From Candidatus Woesearchaeota archaeon (GTDB lineage: Archaea; Nanobdellota; Nanobdellia; Woesearchaeales; UBA583), in the NCBI GenBank assembly GCA_965205335.1, contig OZ242164.1:800001-864000 (forward strand): 64,000 nt of DNA, in the 5' to 3' direction. Every line of letters starts with the position of its first letter. The stretch's first letter is position 1. The translations under genes were made by a program, and so were the position numbers. Positions 1 through 10,806 of this stretch are shown piece by piece. Under the pieces are notes generated by a model. That model was not told where the DNA came from, made no database searches, and worked only from the letters and a program-made list of their open reading frames with translations.

Positions 1-1
1 A

Positions 2-937
2 ATATTAGTTCTTTATTATTTTATCTATTTCAGGCTTGCTTTCCCTGTGCTATTTGAAAAATTGCCAACATGGGATTATCCACAATTTAAATCAATTCTT
101 AGTTATGGCTTCTACTCTTTTATAGCAGATTCAATGCAAGTATTATTAGTACAGATAGATATAATCTTGATAACATACTTTTTAACATTGGAATCTGTTG
201 GTTTATACAGCAATGCACTCTCAATACTCTCAATATCCACAATACTATTATTTCCTATTACTATATTTTTCATCCCTATAATCTCAAAATACAAAGAATT
301 AAAAAAAATTGATAATATTAAAAGAGTTTTAACTCTGATTTACAGTCTTGGTTTATACATAATATTACCTGTTACTCTAATTCTTGTTTTGTTTTCGGAA
401 GAAATCATTGTATTACTTTTTACAGAAAAATTCTTAGGAGCAAATCAGGTTTTAATTTTATTTTCATTTTTTGCATTTTTCTCGATTTTATCTACATACA
501 ATATAAATATTTTGTTAGGTCTTGGTTTGGTCAAAAAGAGAGTAAAAATTCTTATTTTCGCCATCTTATTTAATATAATGTTTAATATAATCCTGCTTCC
601 TAGATATGGAATGTTGGGAGTTGCAATAGCAACAATTATTAGTTGGATAATATTATTTGTTGGAACCTTTTATGAGATTAAGTCCCAAATTAATTTTAAG
701 ATTGAAGTATTCAACATTTTCAAAATAGTGTTATTAAATGTAGGATTTTTTATCCTAGTATTATTCCTAAAATGGATAATAATTCTAAAAAATATTTATT
801 TAGAAGGAATTATAGTCTTAGGAATTGGATTTATATTCTATTTGGTTTCTGGTTTCCTTTTGAAGATAATAAAAACTCAGGACATTGCCATTTTTCTTCC
901 TGAAAAATATGCAAAACTATTAAAGTCCAGACATTGA
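2..937 (+). CDS. Oligosaccharide flippase (Wzx/MATE-like), 5' partial
   Basis: Multi-TM protein with D...VGLY and LLPRYGMLGVAIAT motifs typical of polysaccharide flippases; frame open to the window start. Confidence 0.85.
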   Translation: MLVLYYFIYFRLAFPVLFEKLPTWDYPQFKSILSYGFYSFIADSMQVLLVQIDIILITYFLTLESVGLYSNALSILSISTILLFPITIFFIPIISKYKELKKIDNIKRVLTLIYSLGLYIILPVTLILVLFSEEIIVLLFTEKFLGANQVLILFSFFAFFSILSTYNINILLGLGLVKKRVKILIFAILFNIMFNIILLPRYGMLGVAIATIISWIILFVGTFYEIKSQINFKIEVFNIFKIVLLNVGFFILVLFLKWIIILKNIYLEGIIVLGIGFIFYLVSGFLLKIIKTQDIAIFLPEKYAKLLKSRH

Positions 938-1050
938 TTTTTTGTGAATTTGAGAGAAAGCAAAGACTTATAAAATATTTTAGTTTGTATTCCTTATGTT
1001 TTATATTTTTTATAATTTGATTAATGAAACCTTTTTTAGGGGGAATTAGA

Positions 1051-1998
1051 ATGAAAACAATTTTAGTTACAGGAGGAGCAGGATACATTGGAAGTGCAAT
1101 TGTAAAAAGAACATTAGATATGAGATACAAAGTTTTAGTAATTGATAATCTATTAAAAGGTAGGAGAAAATATGTTGATAAAAGAGCCCAATTCTTTAAG
1201 ATTAATTTATGTGACAAGAAAAATTTACTTAATTTTTTTCAAGAACATAAAATCGATTGTGTTATTCATTGCGCTGCAAGAAAGTCAGTTGGTGAAAGTG
1301 AAGAACATCCTCAATTGTATTTTGATGAAAACATTTCTGGAACTATAAATCTTTTAGACGCTATGATATATGGGAAATGCAAAAAAATTATTTTTTCTTC
1401 AACTGCTTGTGTTTACAAAGAAAATTTGAGAGGAATTTATAGTGAACATAACAAACTCTCTTCTCAGAATGTTTATGGTTTTACAAAAATAAAATGTGAA
1501 GAGATAATAAAAGAATTTTCAAGAACATTAAATATGAAATATGTCATTTTTAGGTATTTTAATGTTGCAGGTGATATTGGATCAAATTATCAGGAAAAAG
1601 ATTCTCAGAACATCTTTCCTGTTTTGTGCGAGTCTATAAGAGATAAGAAGACTTTTTTTATTTTTGGAAACAAATATAACACAATTGATGGCACAGGTGC
1701 TAGAGATTATATACATTTATCAGATGTGATCTCTGCACACACAAAAGCAATAAATTATCCTAAAAATGAAATCTTTAATTTAGGAACTAAAAAAGGAACA
1801 AGTGTCTTGCAAATAATAGAAGAATTTGAAATCCAGTTAAATAGAAAAATTAATTTTAGGGTTAAAGGGAATAGAGCAGGTGATGTTGGGAGATGCTTGG
1901 CAAATCCTAAGAAAGCAAAACAACTATTAAACTGGGAAGCAAAAAAAGACTTAAAAGAAATTGTATGTGATTTTATCAAAGGTTATAATTTAAAATAA
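1051..1998 (+). CDS. galE: UDP-glucose 4-epimerase
   Basis: TGGAGYIGS, YGFTK (YxxxK), FRYFNVAG, DGTGARDYIH; ATG at 1051 preferred over 1024. Confidence 0.92.
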   Translation: MKTILVTGGAGYIGSAIVKRTLDMRYKVLVIDNLLKGRRKYVDKRAQFFKINLCDKKNLLNFFQEHKIDCVIHCAARKSVGESEEHPQLYFDENISGTINLLDAMIYGKCKKIIFSSTACVYKENLRGIYSEHNKLSSQNVYGFTKIKCEEIIKEFSRTLNMKYVIFRYFNVAGDIGSNYQEKDSQNIFPVLCESIRDKKTFFIFGNKYNTIDGTGARDYIHLSDVISAHTKAINYPKNEIFNLGTKKGTSVLQIIEEFEIQLNRKINFRVKGNRAGDVGRCLANPKKAKQLLNWEAKKDLKEIVCDFIKGYNLK

Positions 1999-2013
1999 AA
2001 AAATGCCTATAAT

Positions 2014-2568
2014 ATGAATAAGAAAATAAAAGACTATTTGAAAAGAGAAGAGATTACTTTAAGGAATCTATTAAATCCAAGATTTCTCTTAAAATTTTTC
2101 TACAAAACACGTTACTTGCATTTTTGTATAACTGGTACAACAGGAGTTCTACTAAATCTATTTTTCTTATGGCTTTTTGTGGAATTTATTTTTCTAGAAA
2201 GTGAATATTTAATATTTAATTTCTTGGTTATGAGTACAACTCTTGGTGTAATTATAGGACAAACAATTAATTTGATTTACAATTTTTCCCTGCACACAAA
2301 AATGACTTTTAAAACTAAAAAGGACCATAAAAAAAGATTTACTATTTTTATTGTGTATTCTTTATTTATAACTTATGCAGTGATTGTTCCCTTAATTTTA
2401 ATATTAAGAAATTTTTTTGAGCATCTTTTCCCGCACATCTTTTTAAGATTTTTAGTTGGATTTGAATATCTAATAGCATCTGCAATTGTTATTTTATTCT
2501 TTTCCTTTTTCAATTTTATTGTATTTAAAATTTGGCTGTTTAAAGAAAAACATAGACATATAAATTAA
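2014..2568 (+). CDS. GtrA-like membrane protein
   Basis: 4 TM helices, FCITGTTGVLLNL and NFSLHTKMTF; adjacent to a GT2. Confidence 0.75.
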   Translation: MNKKIKDYLKREEITLRNLLNPRFLLKFFYKTRYLHFCITGTTGVLLNLFFLWLFVEFIFLESEYLIFNFLVMSTTLGVIIGQTINLIYNFSLHTKMTFKTKKDHKKRFTIFIVYSLFITYAVIVPLILILRNFFEHLFPHIFLRFLVGFEYLIASAIVILFFSFFNFIVFKIWLFKEKHRHIN

Positions 2569-2587
2569 AATTGACTTTTAAAATAAG

Positions 2588-3319
2588 ATGAAAGATATTT
2601 TAGTAAACATTACATTTCCAGTTTTGAATGAAGAAAGAATTTTAAAAGAGGATGTCATGAAATTTTATAATTTCTTAAAAAAATCAAAATTTCCATACAG
2701 ATTTGAAATTACTATTTGTGATAATGGAAGTATAGATGACACCAAGAAAGTAGGTGAGAAATTAGAAAAAAAAGTTAAAGAAATTAATTATTTAAGACTA
2801 AGCAGAAAAGGAAGAAATTTTGCACTAAAAAGTTCCTGGACAAAATCAAAAGCAAGTGTTGTCTCTTATATGGATATTGATTTAGCAACAGATTTGAGAT
2901 TTTTCCTTCCTATGATAAATATGATTATAAAAGACAATTGTGATTTGGTTGTTGGAAATCGTTTAGGACTTAAATCAAAAGTTATTGATAGGAATTTTAA
3001 AAGAGAGTTTCTATCAAGAAACTATAATTTGTTATTGAGGATGTTTTTTTTTCATAAAATAAGAGATCATCAATGTGGATTTAAAGCAATAAAGAGAAAT
3101 TCTTTTCTAAAACTAAATAAAGAAATTCCTGATATAAAGGAAGAAATTTGGTTTTTAGATACAGAGTTAATAATAAGAGCAATTAAAAACAAAATGAAAG
3201 TTGAAGAGATTGATGTCATATGGAAAGATGATCCAGATTCAAAAGTTAAAGTTGTCAAAGCAGTTTTAGAAGATTTGAAAGGCATAGTTAGGCTTAGAAA
3301 AGAGTTTTTATTTAAATAA
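2588..3319 (+). CDS. GT2 dolichol-phosphate glycosyltransferase (AglD/DPM-like)
   Basis: PVLNEE, DNGSIDDT, YMDIDL, DHQCGFKA, WFLDTEL. Confidence 0.85.
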   Translation: MKDILVNITFPVLNEERILKEDVMKFYNFLKKSKFPYRFEITICDNGSIDDTKKVGEKLEKKVKEINYLRLSRKGRNFALKSSWTKSKASVVSYMDIDLATDLRFFLPMINMIIKDNCDLVVGNRLGLKSKVIDRNFKREFLSRNYNLLLRMFFFHKIRDHQCGFKAIKRNSFLKLNKEIPDIKEEIWFLDTELIIRAIKNKMKVEEIDVIWKDDPDSKVKVVKAVLEDLKGIVRLRKEFLFK

Positions 3320-4063
3320 TTATTTTTTTATGAGATATTTATTTACCTTATTCTCAACAAACTTTAACATTTTTAAAGGAATGAATTTTGTAATTTTATT
3401 TAAAAAAGCTGCTCTTGGTAGAAACATCTCAGGATGGATTATAAATACAGGTATATTTTTCGTTTCTTCTTTCTCCCTTTGTAATTTTGGAAAATTCTTC
3501 AGTTTGCTTTTCTTAATAAATACAAAAATGTTATTTCTATAGCACCTTTCTACCTTTTTATTGTTCCAAATTTTATATCTAATACAATCTATCATCTCAT
3601 ATCCTTTTCTATTAAATTTCTCAATCCAATATTGTGGCTCTTGTTCATTTATATGATTAGTTCCTCCTTGAAAGGGCAAAGCCGCTGAAAAAATTATCAT
3701 GTCAGAGCAATCTGTTAAGTTTTTTATAAATGTGTCTGTATACTTGTTTTATATATGTTCTAAAACTTCTAAAGAAATTGCCAAATCAAATTTTCTATTC
3801 AAATTTATTTTTTTTGGCAAATCTCTTTTTAGAAAAAATTTATTGTTAATCATTAATTTTTCTTTTTTAATTTCATGATTATCAATTCCTAATATTTCAC
3901 ATCCATACTTCTCAAAAATATTTAACCATGTCCCAATTCCGCAACCAAAGTCTACAACAGATTTCACTTTTACGAAATCCAAGATAATTGGAACAACTTC
4001 TTTTGCAGAAAGAATAGAACTGTTCTTTTGTTGTTTATAATAATTATCATCATATACTGACAT
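3320..4063 (-). pseudogene. Class I SAM-dependent methyltransferase with an in-frame TAA
   Basis: ORFs 3749-4081 and 3320-3700 are in the same frame, separated by a single TAA (3749-3751); joined they read VDFGCGIG...SLEVLEHI*NKYTDTFIKNL...FSAALPFQGGTNHINEQ. Confidence 0.8.
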
Positions 4064-4161
4064 AAAATTTAAGAATAGCAACTTATTTATAAAATTGTGT
4101 AAGTATTATTTATGTAAAGAATGTAAGTGGATTAAGGAATTTATGCTAATTACGAAGAAAA

Positions 4162-6156
4162 GTGAAGAAGTCATCAACAAGGAAAGGTGAAGAGAACCAC
4201 AAAGAAGAATTAGAAATGAGATTAAATTATTTTGATACAAATCAGGTAAGAAAGTATCTCCCGTTTATCTTATTATCTCTTGTAGCAATTTCTTTCTTAT
4301 TTACAAATTATTATTTGACAAAGGATTTAAAATCAATACCTACTTGTATTTATGGTTGTGATTACTATTTTGAAAATGGAATTTCCCAGAATATGGCTTT
4401 GGACATTGATTTTGAAAAATCTTCTTCGCACAGTTGGTTAAACCAAACAAATTCACTTCCAAAAGGGCAATTTTTCTTAGTTGCAGTCTTTTCAAAACTA
4501 ACGGATTTTAAAGGAGATAACTTTTGGAAAAATTATATATACCTTTCTTATATTTTTATTATTTTAGGAATTATATTTTGGTTTCTGCTATATAAACTTT
4601 TCTTTAACAATAATTACCTTGCTTTACTTTTATCAGTTCTATCTTTCCAATTAACAAGTCTTCCATATTTTAAATATAGAAGTGTCATAAACATTCTTCT
4701 GCCTATACTGTTATTTTTCTTATTAAAAATGTTTAATGAGAAAGAAATCAATTATAAAAAAATAATATATGCCATATTATCTCTTATAATTGGAGTTTTA
4801 TTTACAAATATCCATGCTGAAAGTTTTTTCACATATATTTTTATTGTCTCATCACTTTTCATATTTTACATATTATATCCCATAAATTTTTCAAAAAACT
4901 TTCTTACAGATTTTATAAATAAAGTGAGAACCCCAAACAGTCTTATATTAATTTCTCTTTCTTTTGCAACAATCCTTATTAGCATCTTTTTAGGTTGGTG
5001 GAAAAAAGTAATTTTTGAATATGGTGGAAAAACTAATGCATTTAAATTTGACATACATATTGATCTCACAAATATATCAAATTACTTTGAGACCTTTTTT
5101 AACTTTGTAAAGAATATTTTCTTTAATTTCTCAGATATTAAAACTTCTCTTATTTCTCTTATAATAATTATTGTATTCATAAGTTTATTCTTTATTAAGA
5201 CGAAAGATAAAAAATTTTTAGAATTAGACAAACATCTTTATTTCGTTATTTTTTTATTTTTCATATCAATTTTCAATTATTTAATAACTGCTCCTTTGTT
5301 TGATAAAACCCTTAGCCCAAGACATTCATTTGGATTTTTATTTCCATTTTTTAGTGCATTTATTGTTGGGTATTTATTTGTGTTTATTTCTACAATCCTA
5401 AAAGATAAATACAAAAACTATATTAAGTATAAGAATATCTTTTTGATTCTCTTAATTTTCTTATTAACATTTGGTTTAATAAATGATACAGTTGAAGCGA
5501 AGAGTAACGATAGATTTTGGCAGGCTGGAAAAAATGAACTAAATACAAATTATCAAGAATTTGATGATTTTGTAATTAAAAACGATTTGCAGAAAGATAT
5601 TTTTATAACAACAAATGAATTAGGTTTCGCAATTCATGGTGTTTCGGGAGTTCAATTATTATCAGGAAGACAGTCTCATTTTTTCATATTTGGGGACTTT
5701 CAAAAATATTGGCTTGATTCTGCAATAATATTATACTCAAACAATTCACAAAACAGACATAAAGTCTTGGAGAAATATAAAAACTTAGCAAAATCAGAAA
5801 ACAAGGAGATTTATTTGTATTGGGATTATTATTGGATAAACAGCGAATGGCAATTTGACCAAGATGGGAATGCTCACCCATTTGACCCACTAAGATTTGA
5901 AGATAATTCGGATTTAAGAAAAATCTTAGATGATAACCGAATAAAATATTTTATCAGAGAAAATGATATATTTGAGCCCTCAGCAAGAAATTCTCCTCAT
6001 GTAACAAAACTTGATATTTTGTATATCTCTCCTGAGAATTATAACAATTACACACATCCTTGGAATAATGATTTAAACAATTATTTAGAAGAAGTTTGGG
6101 TATATGAAGAAAGCGGACAAGTTTTAGGCAAGGTTTACAAAGTAGTTTTGGATTAG
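4162..6156 (+). CDS. Multi-pass membrane protein, possible GT-C glycosyltransferase
   Basis: Many TM segments, acidic loop after TM1 (IYGCDYYFE), soluble C-terminal domain, glycan-cluster context. Confidence 0.55.
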   Translation: MKKSSTRKGEENHKEELEMRLNYFDTNQVRKYLPFILLSLVAISFLFTNYYLTKDLKSIPTCIYGCDYYFENGISQNMALDIDFEKSSSHSWLNQTNSLPKGQFFLVAVFSKLTDFKGDNFWKNYIYLSYIFIILGIIFWFLLYKLFFNNNYLALLLSVLSFQLTSLPYFKYRSVINILLPILLFFLLKMFNEKEINYKKIIYAILSLIIGVLFTNIHAESFFTYIFIVSSLFIFYILYPINFSKNFLTDFINKVRTPNSLILISLSFATILISIFLGWWKKVIFEYGGKTNAFKFDIHIDLTNISNYFETFFNFVKNIFFNFSDIKTSLISLIIIIVFISLFFIKTKDKKFLELDKHLYFVIFLFFISIFNYLITAPLFDKTLSPRHSFGFLFPFFSAFIVGYLFVFISTILKDKYKNYIKYKNIFLILLIFLLTFGLINDTVEAKSNDRFWQAGKNELNTNYQEFDDFVIKNDLQKDIFITTNELGFAIHGVSGVQLLSGRQSHFFIFGDFQKYWLDSAIILYSNNSQNRHKVLEKYKNLAKSENKEIYLYWDYYWINSEWQFDQDGNAHPFDPLRFEDNSDLRKILDDNRIKYFIRENDIFEPSARNSPHVTKLDILYISPENYNNYTHPWNNDLNNYLEEVWVYEESGQVLGKVYKVVLD

Positions 6157-6212
6157 TATAGATTTTTTTCATTTCAATATATTTATAAGTTGGAGAAGTT
6201 TATTTTCTTTTT

Positions 6213-7037
6213 ATGGAAGGCAAACCTTTTGTTTCTGTTTTAATGCCTAATTACAATTGTGAAAAATATCTCCCTTCTGCAATTGAAAGCGTATTAAATC
6301 AGACTTATAGAAATTTTGAATTTATAATTATTGATGATTGTTCAGATGATAATTCTTGGGAAATTATTCAAAAGTATAAGAAAAAAGATAGAAGGGTTAA
6401 AGTTTTTAAAAATAAGAAGAATTTAAAAATTGTTAAGACAAGAAATAAGTTGTTTGAAAAAATGTCAAAGAAAAGCAAGTACTTTGCAATTATGGATAGT
6501 GATGATATTTCTCATAAAGAGAGATTAGAAATTCAAGTTAAGTTTTTAGAGAAGAATAAAGACTTTGTCGGATGTGGTAGTGCTATTGAATATTTTTGGA
6601 ATGATTCAGGCAGAAAACTAATAAGATATTATGAAAATGATTTTGAAAAATTAAGACACATAAGTTTAATTAAATCACCGTTTCCACAGCCAGTAATGAT
6701 GATAAATACATTTATTCTTAAAAAAATAGGTAATTATGATGAGAGGTATGAAGTTTGTGAAGATTGGGATTTTTGGATGAGGATTTTACATAAGTATAAA
6801 ATGACAAATCTTAAAGAAATTCTATGCTATTACAGGCAATCTGAAAATCAAAGTAAAAATAAAAAACTAAAATTAATGATTCTAAATGGAATAAAATTAA
6901 AATTAAAATATATGAAAGGTTTAGATTATCTTAATTTCTGGATTTTGGCAAGGTTATTCTCTGAAGTAATCTTTCTTTTGCTTCCAAAAAATTTATTGTT
7001 ATTTCTTTTTTATAAAATGGAGTTTAAAGGAAAATGA
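6213..7037 (+). CDS. GT2 glycosyltransferase
   Basis: VSVLMPNYN, IIDDCSDD, MDSDD, EDWDFW. Confidence 0.9.
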   Translation: MEGKPFVSVLMPNYNCEKYLPSAIESVLNQTYRNFEFIIIDDCSDDNSWEIIQKYKKKDRRVKVFKNKKNLKIVKTRNKLFEKMSKKSKYFAIMDSDDISHKERLEIQVKFLEKNKDFVGCGSAIEYFWNDSGRKLIRYYENDFEKLRHISLIKSPFPQPVMMINTFILKKIGNYDERYEVCEDWDFWMRILHKYKMTNLKEILCYYRQSENQSKNKKLKLMILNGIKLKLKYMKGLDYLNFWILARLFSEVIFLLLPKNLLLFLFYKMEFKGK

Positions 7038-7972
7038 AAACAAGGAAGCTGATAGCATATCTGATACTAGCCCATAATCAGGAGAATCATTTTTATGATT
7101 TGATTAAAAGATTAAATAATAAAGATGTTTGTTTTTTTGTTCATATAGATAGAAAGTCAAATCAGGAGTTATTTGAAGAAAAAATGAAAGATTTGGATAA
7201 TATCTCTTTTGTGAAAGAGAGAGAAAATGTAATTTGGAAAGGTTTTAGTCCAGTTCAGGCAACATTGAAAATGATAGAATTAGCCCTTAATTCTAAGTAT
7301 AGTTTTAAATATTTTATTTTGTTGAGCGGAGTTGATTATCCAATAAAACCAAATAAATCTGTTTTGGACTTTTTCAAAAATACAGATAAGAATTATATTG
7401 AGTTTTCTGAGATTAAAAGCTCAAATAATTATCTCTCTTATTTTAAGAATGAACAAAGATGGTTCAAGATTTCAAAATGGCATTTTTATGATACTTTTAA
7501 AATTAATTGGAATTCAAGAACAGGTTCTCTAAAACATCAGATTTATCGAGTGTATATTTTGTTTAATATTCTATTTCTAAATATTTTTCTGCCAAGAAAA
7601 AGTTTTCCAAAAAGTATAAATAAATATTATTTTGGAAGTTCTTGGTGGTGTTTAAATAGAAGTTCAATTGATTATATTTACAATTTCCTAAGGAGTAATA
7701 GAGCTAGTGATTTAATAAAATTATACAAATATTCTGATTCATCTGATGGAATGTTTTTTCAGACAGTTCTTCTGAACTCAAAATATGAGAAAGAATGTGT
7801 GAATAATAATTTAAGATTTATTGATTGGAATAAAAAAAGAGAAGGACCAGCAATTTTAGATAGAAGAGATTTTGAAAAAATTAAAAGGAGTAGCTGCCTC
7901 TTTGCAAGAAAATTTGATTTTGAAAAATCAAAGAATTTAAAAGAGAAGATAAATAATGAGATATTAAAATGA
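7034..7972 (+). CDS. GT14 core-2/I-branching beta-1,6-GlcNAc transferase family
   Basis: IAYLILAH, FVHID, LLSGVDYPIK, GSSWW, FFQT, FARKFD. Confidence 0.85.
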   Translation: MKTRKLIAYLILAHNQENHFYDLIKRLNNKDVCFFVHIDRKSNQELFEEKMKDLDNISFVKERENVIWKGFSPVQATLKMIELALNSKYSFKYFILLSGVDYPIKPNKSVLDFFKNTDKNYIEFSEIKSSNNYLSYFKNEQRWFKISKWHFYDTFKINWNSRTGSLKHQIYRVYILFNILFLNIFLPRKSFPKSINKYYFGSSWWCLNRSSIDYIYNFLRSNRASDLIKLYKYSDSSDGMFFQTVLLNSKYEKECVNNNLRFIDWNKKREGPAILDRRDFEKIKRSSCLFARKFDFEKSKNLKEKINNEILK

Positions 7973-8778
7973 AGAAACAAAATAAAGAACTAACTCTTGG
8001 GATTTTAATAACTACAACAAATGAGAATATTGAAAGAATTAAAAAGGAACTTTTATCCGAGTTAATTAAGAATAAAAGTATTGATGAGGTTGTAATTTCC
8101 CATCAGATTTTTGATAAAGTTACAAAACCCCAGAAATATCTGACAAAAGGAAAAGTTAAGTATTTTTATATGTATGATAAAGGTTTATCAAAAAATAGGA
8201 ATAATGCTTTAAAACATTCAAAAGCAGATATTTGTCATATTTGTGATGATGATTTGATTTATTTGAAGAATTTTGATAAGATTATAAAAGAAGAATATGA
8301 GAAAAATAGGGATTATGATGTTATAACCTTTCAGGCAGTAAATGAAGGAGGTATAAAACATTTTAAAGTAGAAGAGGGAATGCATAACAGGAAGTCTATA
8401 TTAGGCATTAGTAGTTGGGGAATTACATTTAGAAGAAAAGTAATACTAAAAAATAATTTAAAATTTGATGAAGAATTTGGGCTTGGGGCAAAGTATTGTG
8501 TTGGAGAAGAAAATATTTTTTTAAAAGATTGTTTGGATAAAAATTTAAATATTAAACATATGGATAAAGCAATTGTATTTCATAAAGATGAAAGTAGTGG
8601 TATTCAGTATAGAGATGAATTAATAAATTCAAGGATAAAAGTTTTTATTAGAATGTTTGGTTTCTTTGGAGGAGTTTTTGTTGTGTTTTATTTCACAATT
8701 TTCCATTATAAGTTTTATAAAGAAAAATATTCAATATTTAGATTTTTTTGGTTGAGTTTAAGAGGTTTAAAAAAATGA
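7969..8778 (+). CDS. GT2 glycosyltransferase
   Basis: GLSKNRNNAL, ICDDD, FDEEFGLG, GEENIFL. Confidence 0.85.
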   Translation: MKKQNKELTLGILITTTNENIERIKKELLSELIKNKSIDEVVISHQIFDKVTKPQKYLTKGKVKYFYMYDKGLSKNRNNALKHSKADICHICDDDLIYLKNFDKIIKEEYEKNRDYDVITFQAVNEGGIKHFKVEEGMHNRKSILGISSWGITFRRKVILKNNLKFDEEFGLGAKYCVGEENIFLKDCLDKNLNIKHMDKAIVFHKDESSGIQYRDELINSRIKVFIRMFGFFGGVFVVFYFTIFHYKFYKEKYSIFRFFWLSLRGLKK

Positions 8779-8845
8779 TTAATGGTAAAAAATTTATGTT
8801 ATTTTTCTTGGAACATAATGATTATTTAGGGAGAAGTTCTTTAAA

Positions 8846-9826
8846 ATGAAAAAATTATTAAAATATATTAAGGACAAAAGAAACTCCAATAATTTTGTTT
8901 ATATAATTCTTTTCGGTTTATATGATTTGCATTTGGAACATATTTCATTTACTGAAATTACTAACCCTAAATATTATAACCCAGATACAAAGAAATATGA
9001 AAGTTTGAGAAAGGAATTTTCAAAAAAGAGAAAGTTAGGAATAAGTGGATTTATGCGAATTCATAATGAAGAAGAGACAATTGAGAATGTAATTTTATCA
9101 TGTATAGGTGGATTGGATGAGCTTATAATTTGTTTAAATAATTGTTTTGATAGGACGGAAGGAATTGTCAAACGACTAATTAAAAAATATCCTGATAAGA
9201 TAAAATTATATTATTATAATTATGACATCTTTCCAGCATGTAGTAAAAATCATCAGAGTTCAAAGTTTAATAATATTAGAAATCTTGCCAATTTCTATAA
9301 CTACACCCTACACAAATGCACATTTCAATATGCTGTTAAAATAGATGGTGATGACTTGATGACAAAGGATAAATTTGAAAATATTTGTAAATTGATCAAA
9401 AAAAACGGATTAAAAAAATATTTAGGATTTTTTGGTTTAAATCTATATAAATATGAGAATGAAATTTATTTTTTTGGGAATGAACTTATTGCTGGTGGAT
9501 ATGACAGAGGATTCTTTAAAATAAATAGATATACTTATTATTTGAAAGACAAATCTTGTGAGGTTTTTAAATTTTCAAAGTTATTTAGATTATTAGACTA
9601 TCCTTTATATTTTCATTTAAAACTTGTCAAAAAAGATAAGGGATTATTAAATCATAGTTTGAGTAAGAAAGAAATAGTCCTGTCAGATACTCTAAAAGAA
9701 AGATATTCTGATAGATTAAATAAAAGTTTTGAAGAGCTAAATTTATTAACTTTTAGAGAATTAGTTAAGAAGTATCCACAATTTAAAAGTTTGAAATTAC
9801 CGAAGGAATATAAGGTAGAAAAATGA
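8846..9826 (+). CDS. CgtA-like (beta-1,4-GalNAc transferase-like) GT-A glycosyltransferase
   Basis: FMRIHNEE, NNCFDRT, LANFYNY, KIDGDD resemble Campylobacter CgtA motifs (recalled, not searched). Confidence 0.65.
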   Translation: MKKLLKYIKDKRNSNNFVYIILFGLYDLHLEHISFTEITNPKYYNPDTKKYESLRKEFSKKRKLGISGFMRIHNEEETIENVILSCIGGLDELIICLNNCFDRTEGIVKRLIKKYPDKIKLYYYNYDIFPACSKNHQSSKFNNIRNLANFYNYTLHKCTFQYAVKIDGDDLMTKDKFENICKLIKKNGLKKYLGFFGLNLYKYENEIYFFGNELIAGGYDRGFFKINRYTYYLKDKSCEVFKFSKLFRLLDYPLYFHLKLVKKDKGLLNHSLSKKEIVLSDTLKERYSDRLNKSFEELNLLTFRELVKKYPQFKSLKLPKEYKVEK

Positions 9827-10806
9827 AAATATTTAAAATTAAATTAATTAATATAAATGACAATTTAATTAAAAGTTTTAATTCTTTCTTAAATAAAGAA
9901 AAAATTAAATTTGTAGAATCTAATGAAAATTTTGACATCGTTATGTTCGGTAGTTTCCCTGATTTTAAAATCCTAAATAAGTATGAAGACAAAAAGAAGA
10001 TTTGCATTTCAGGAGAAAATTTAATTGTTAAGATAAATGTAGTTCATATAATTAATAAAATATTTAAAAATATATCTTCTTTAAGAGATTCTTTACTCTA
10101 TTTTTTTATAAAATTTGAGATAAAAAATTTTAACTTGCCTTTTTATATTTACAAGAAAAATATAGATTATATAAGGAAATCAAAAAACTCAATTGTAATA
10201 ACTGATAATTTAATAGAATGGAACTCCATAAATATCCCTTCAACTTTTATTTATGACTACTCTTCTTTATTAAGAATTGACAAGAAATTAAGAAGGAATA
10301 AAAAGAAGAAATTTTGTGCTTTTATTGTTTCAAATCCTTCAAATCTAGATAGATTAATCTTTTATAAAAAATTATTAAAATATAAAAAAATTGATAGTTA
10401 TGGAAATGTCTTTAACAATTGTAAAATATCTAATAAATTGGAAAGAAAGTACGGAAATGACTTTAATAAGATAAATCAGGAAATTTATAAAGATTACAAA
10501 TTTGTAATTTGTTTTGAGAATTCTTACGCACAAAATTATATAACTGAAAAGATTATTAATCCTATGATTTCTAATAGCATTCCAATTTACAGAGGAGCTT
10601 CAAATGTGAGGGATTACTTTAATACAAGTTCATTTATTAATTATGATAACTATAGTAGTTATGAAGAAATGATAAAAAAGATAGTTGAACTTGATAATGA
10701 TGATGAAAAATATGAGGAATTTTTAAAACAAAACTTTTTAAGAAAAAATTTCTTTGAAAAAATAAATAATGAGAGAAAGAAGTTAGTTGAGGCTTTATTA
10801 AAATGA
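9823..10806 (+). CDS. GT10 alpha-1,3/4-fucosyltransferase
   Basis: FCAFIVSN, IDSYG, YKFVICFENS..NYITEKI, PIYRG. Confidence 0.88.
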   Translation: MKIFKIKLININDNLIKSFNSFLNKEKIKFVESNENFDIVMFGSFPDFKILNKYEDKKKICISGENLIVKINVVHIINKIFKNISSLRDSLLYFFIKFEIKNFNLPFYIYKKNIDYIRKSKNSIVITDNLIEWNSINIPSTFIYDYSSLLRIDKKLRRNKKKKFCAFIVSNPSNLDRLIFYKKLLKYKKIDSYGNVFNNCKISNKLERKYGNDFNKINQEIYKDYKFVICFENSYAQNYITEKIINPMISNSIPIYRGASNVRDYFNTSSFINYDNYSSYEEMIKKIVELDNDDEKYEEFLKQNFLRKNFFEKINNERKKLVEALLK

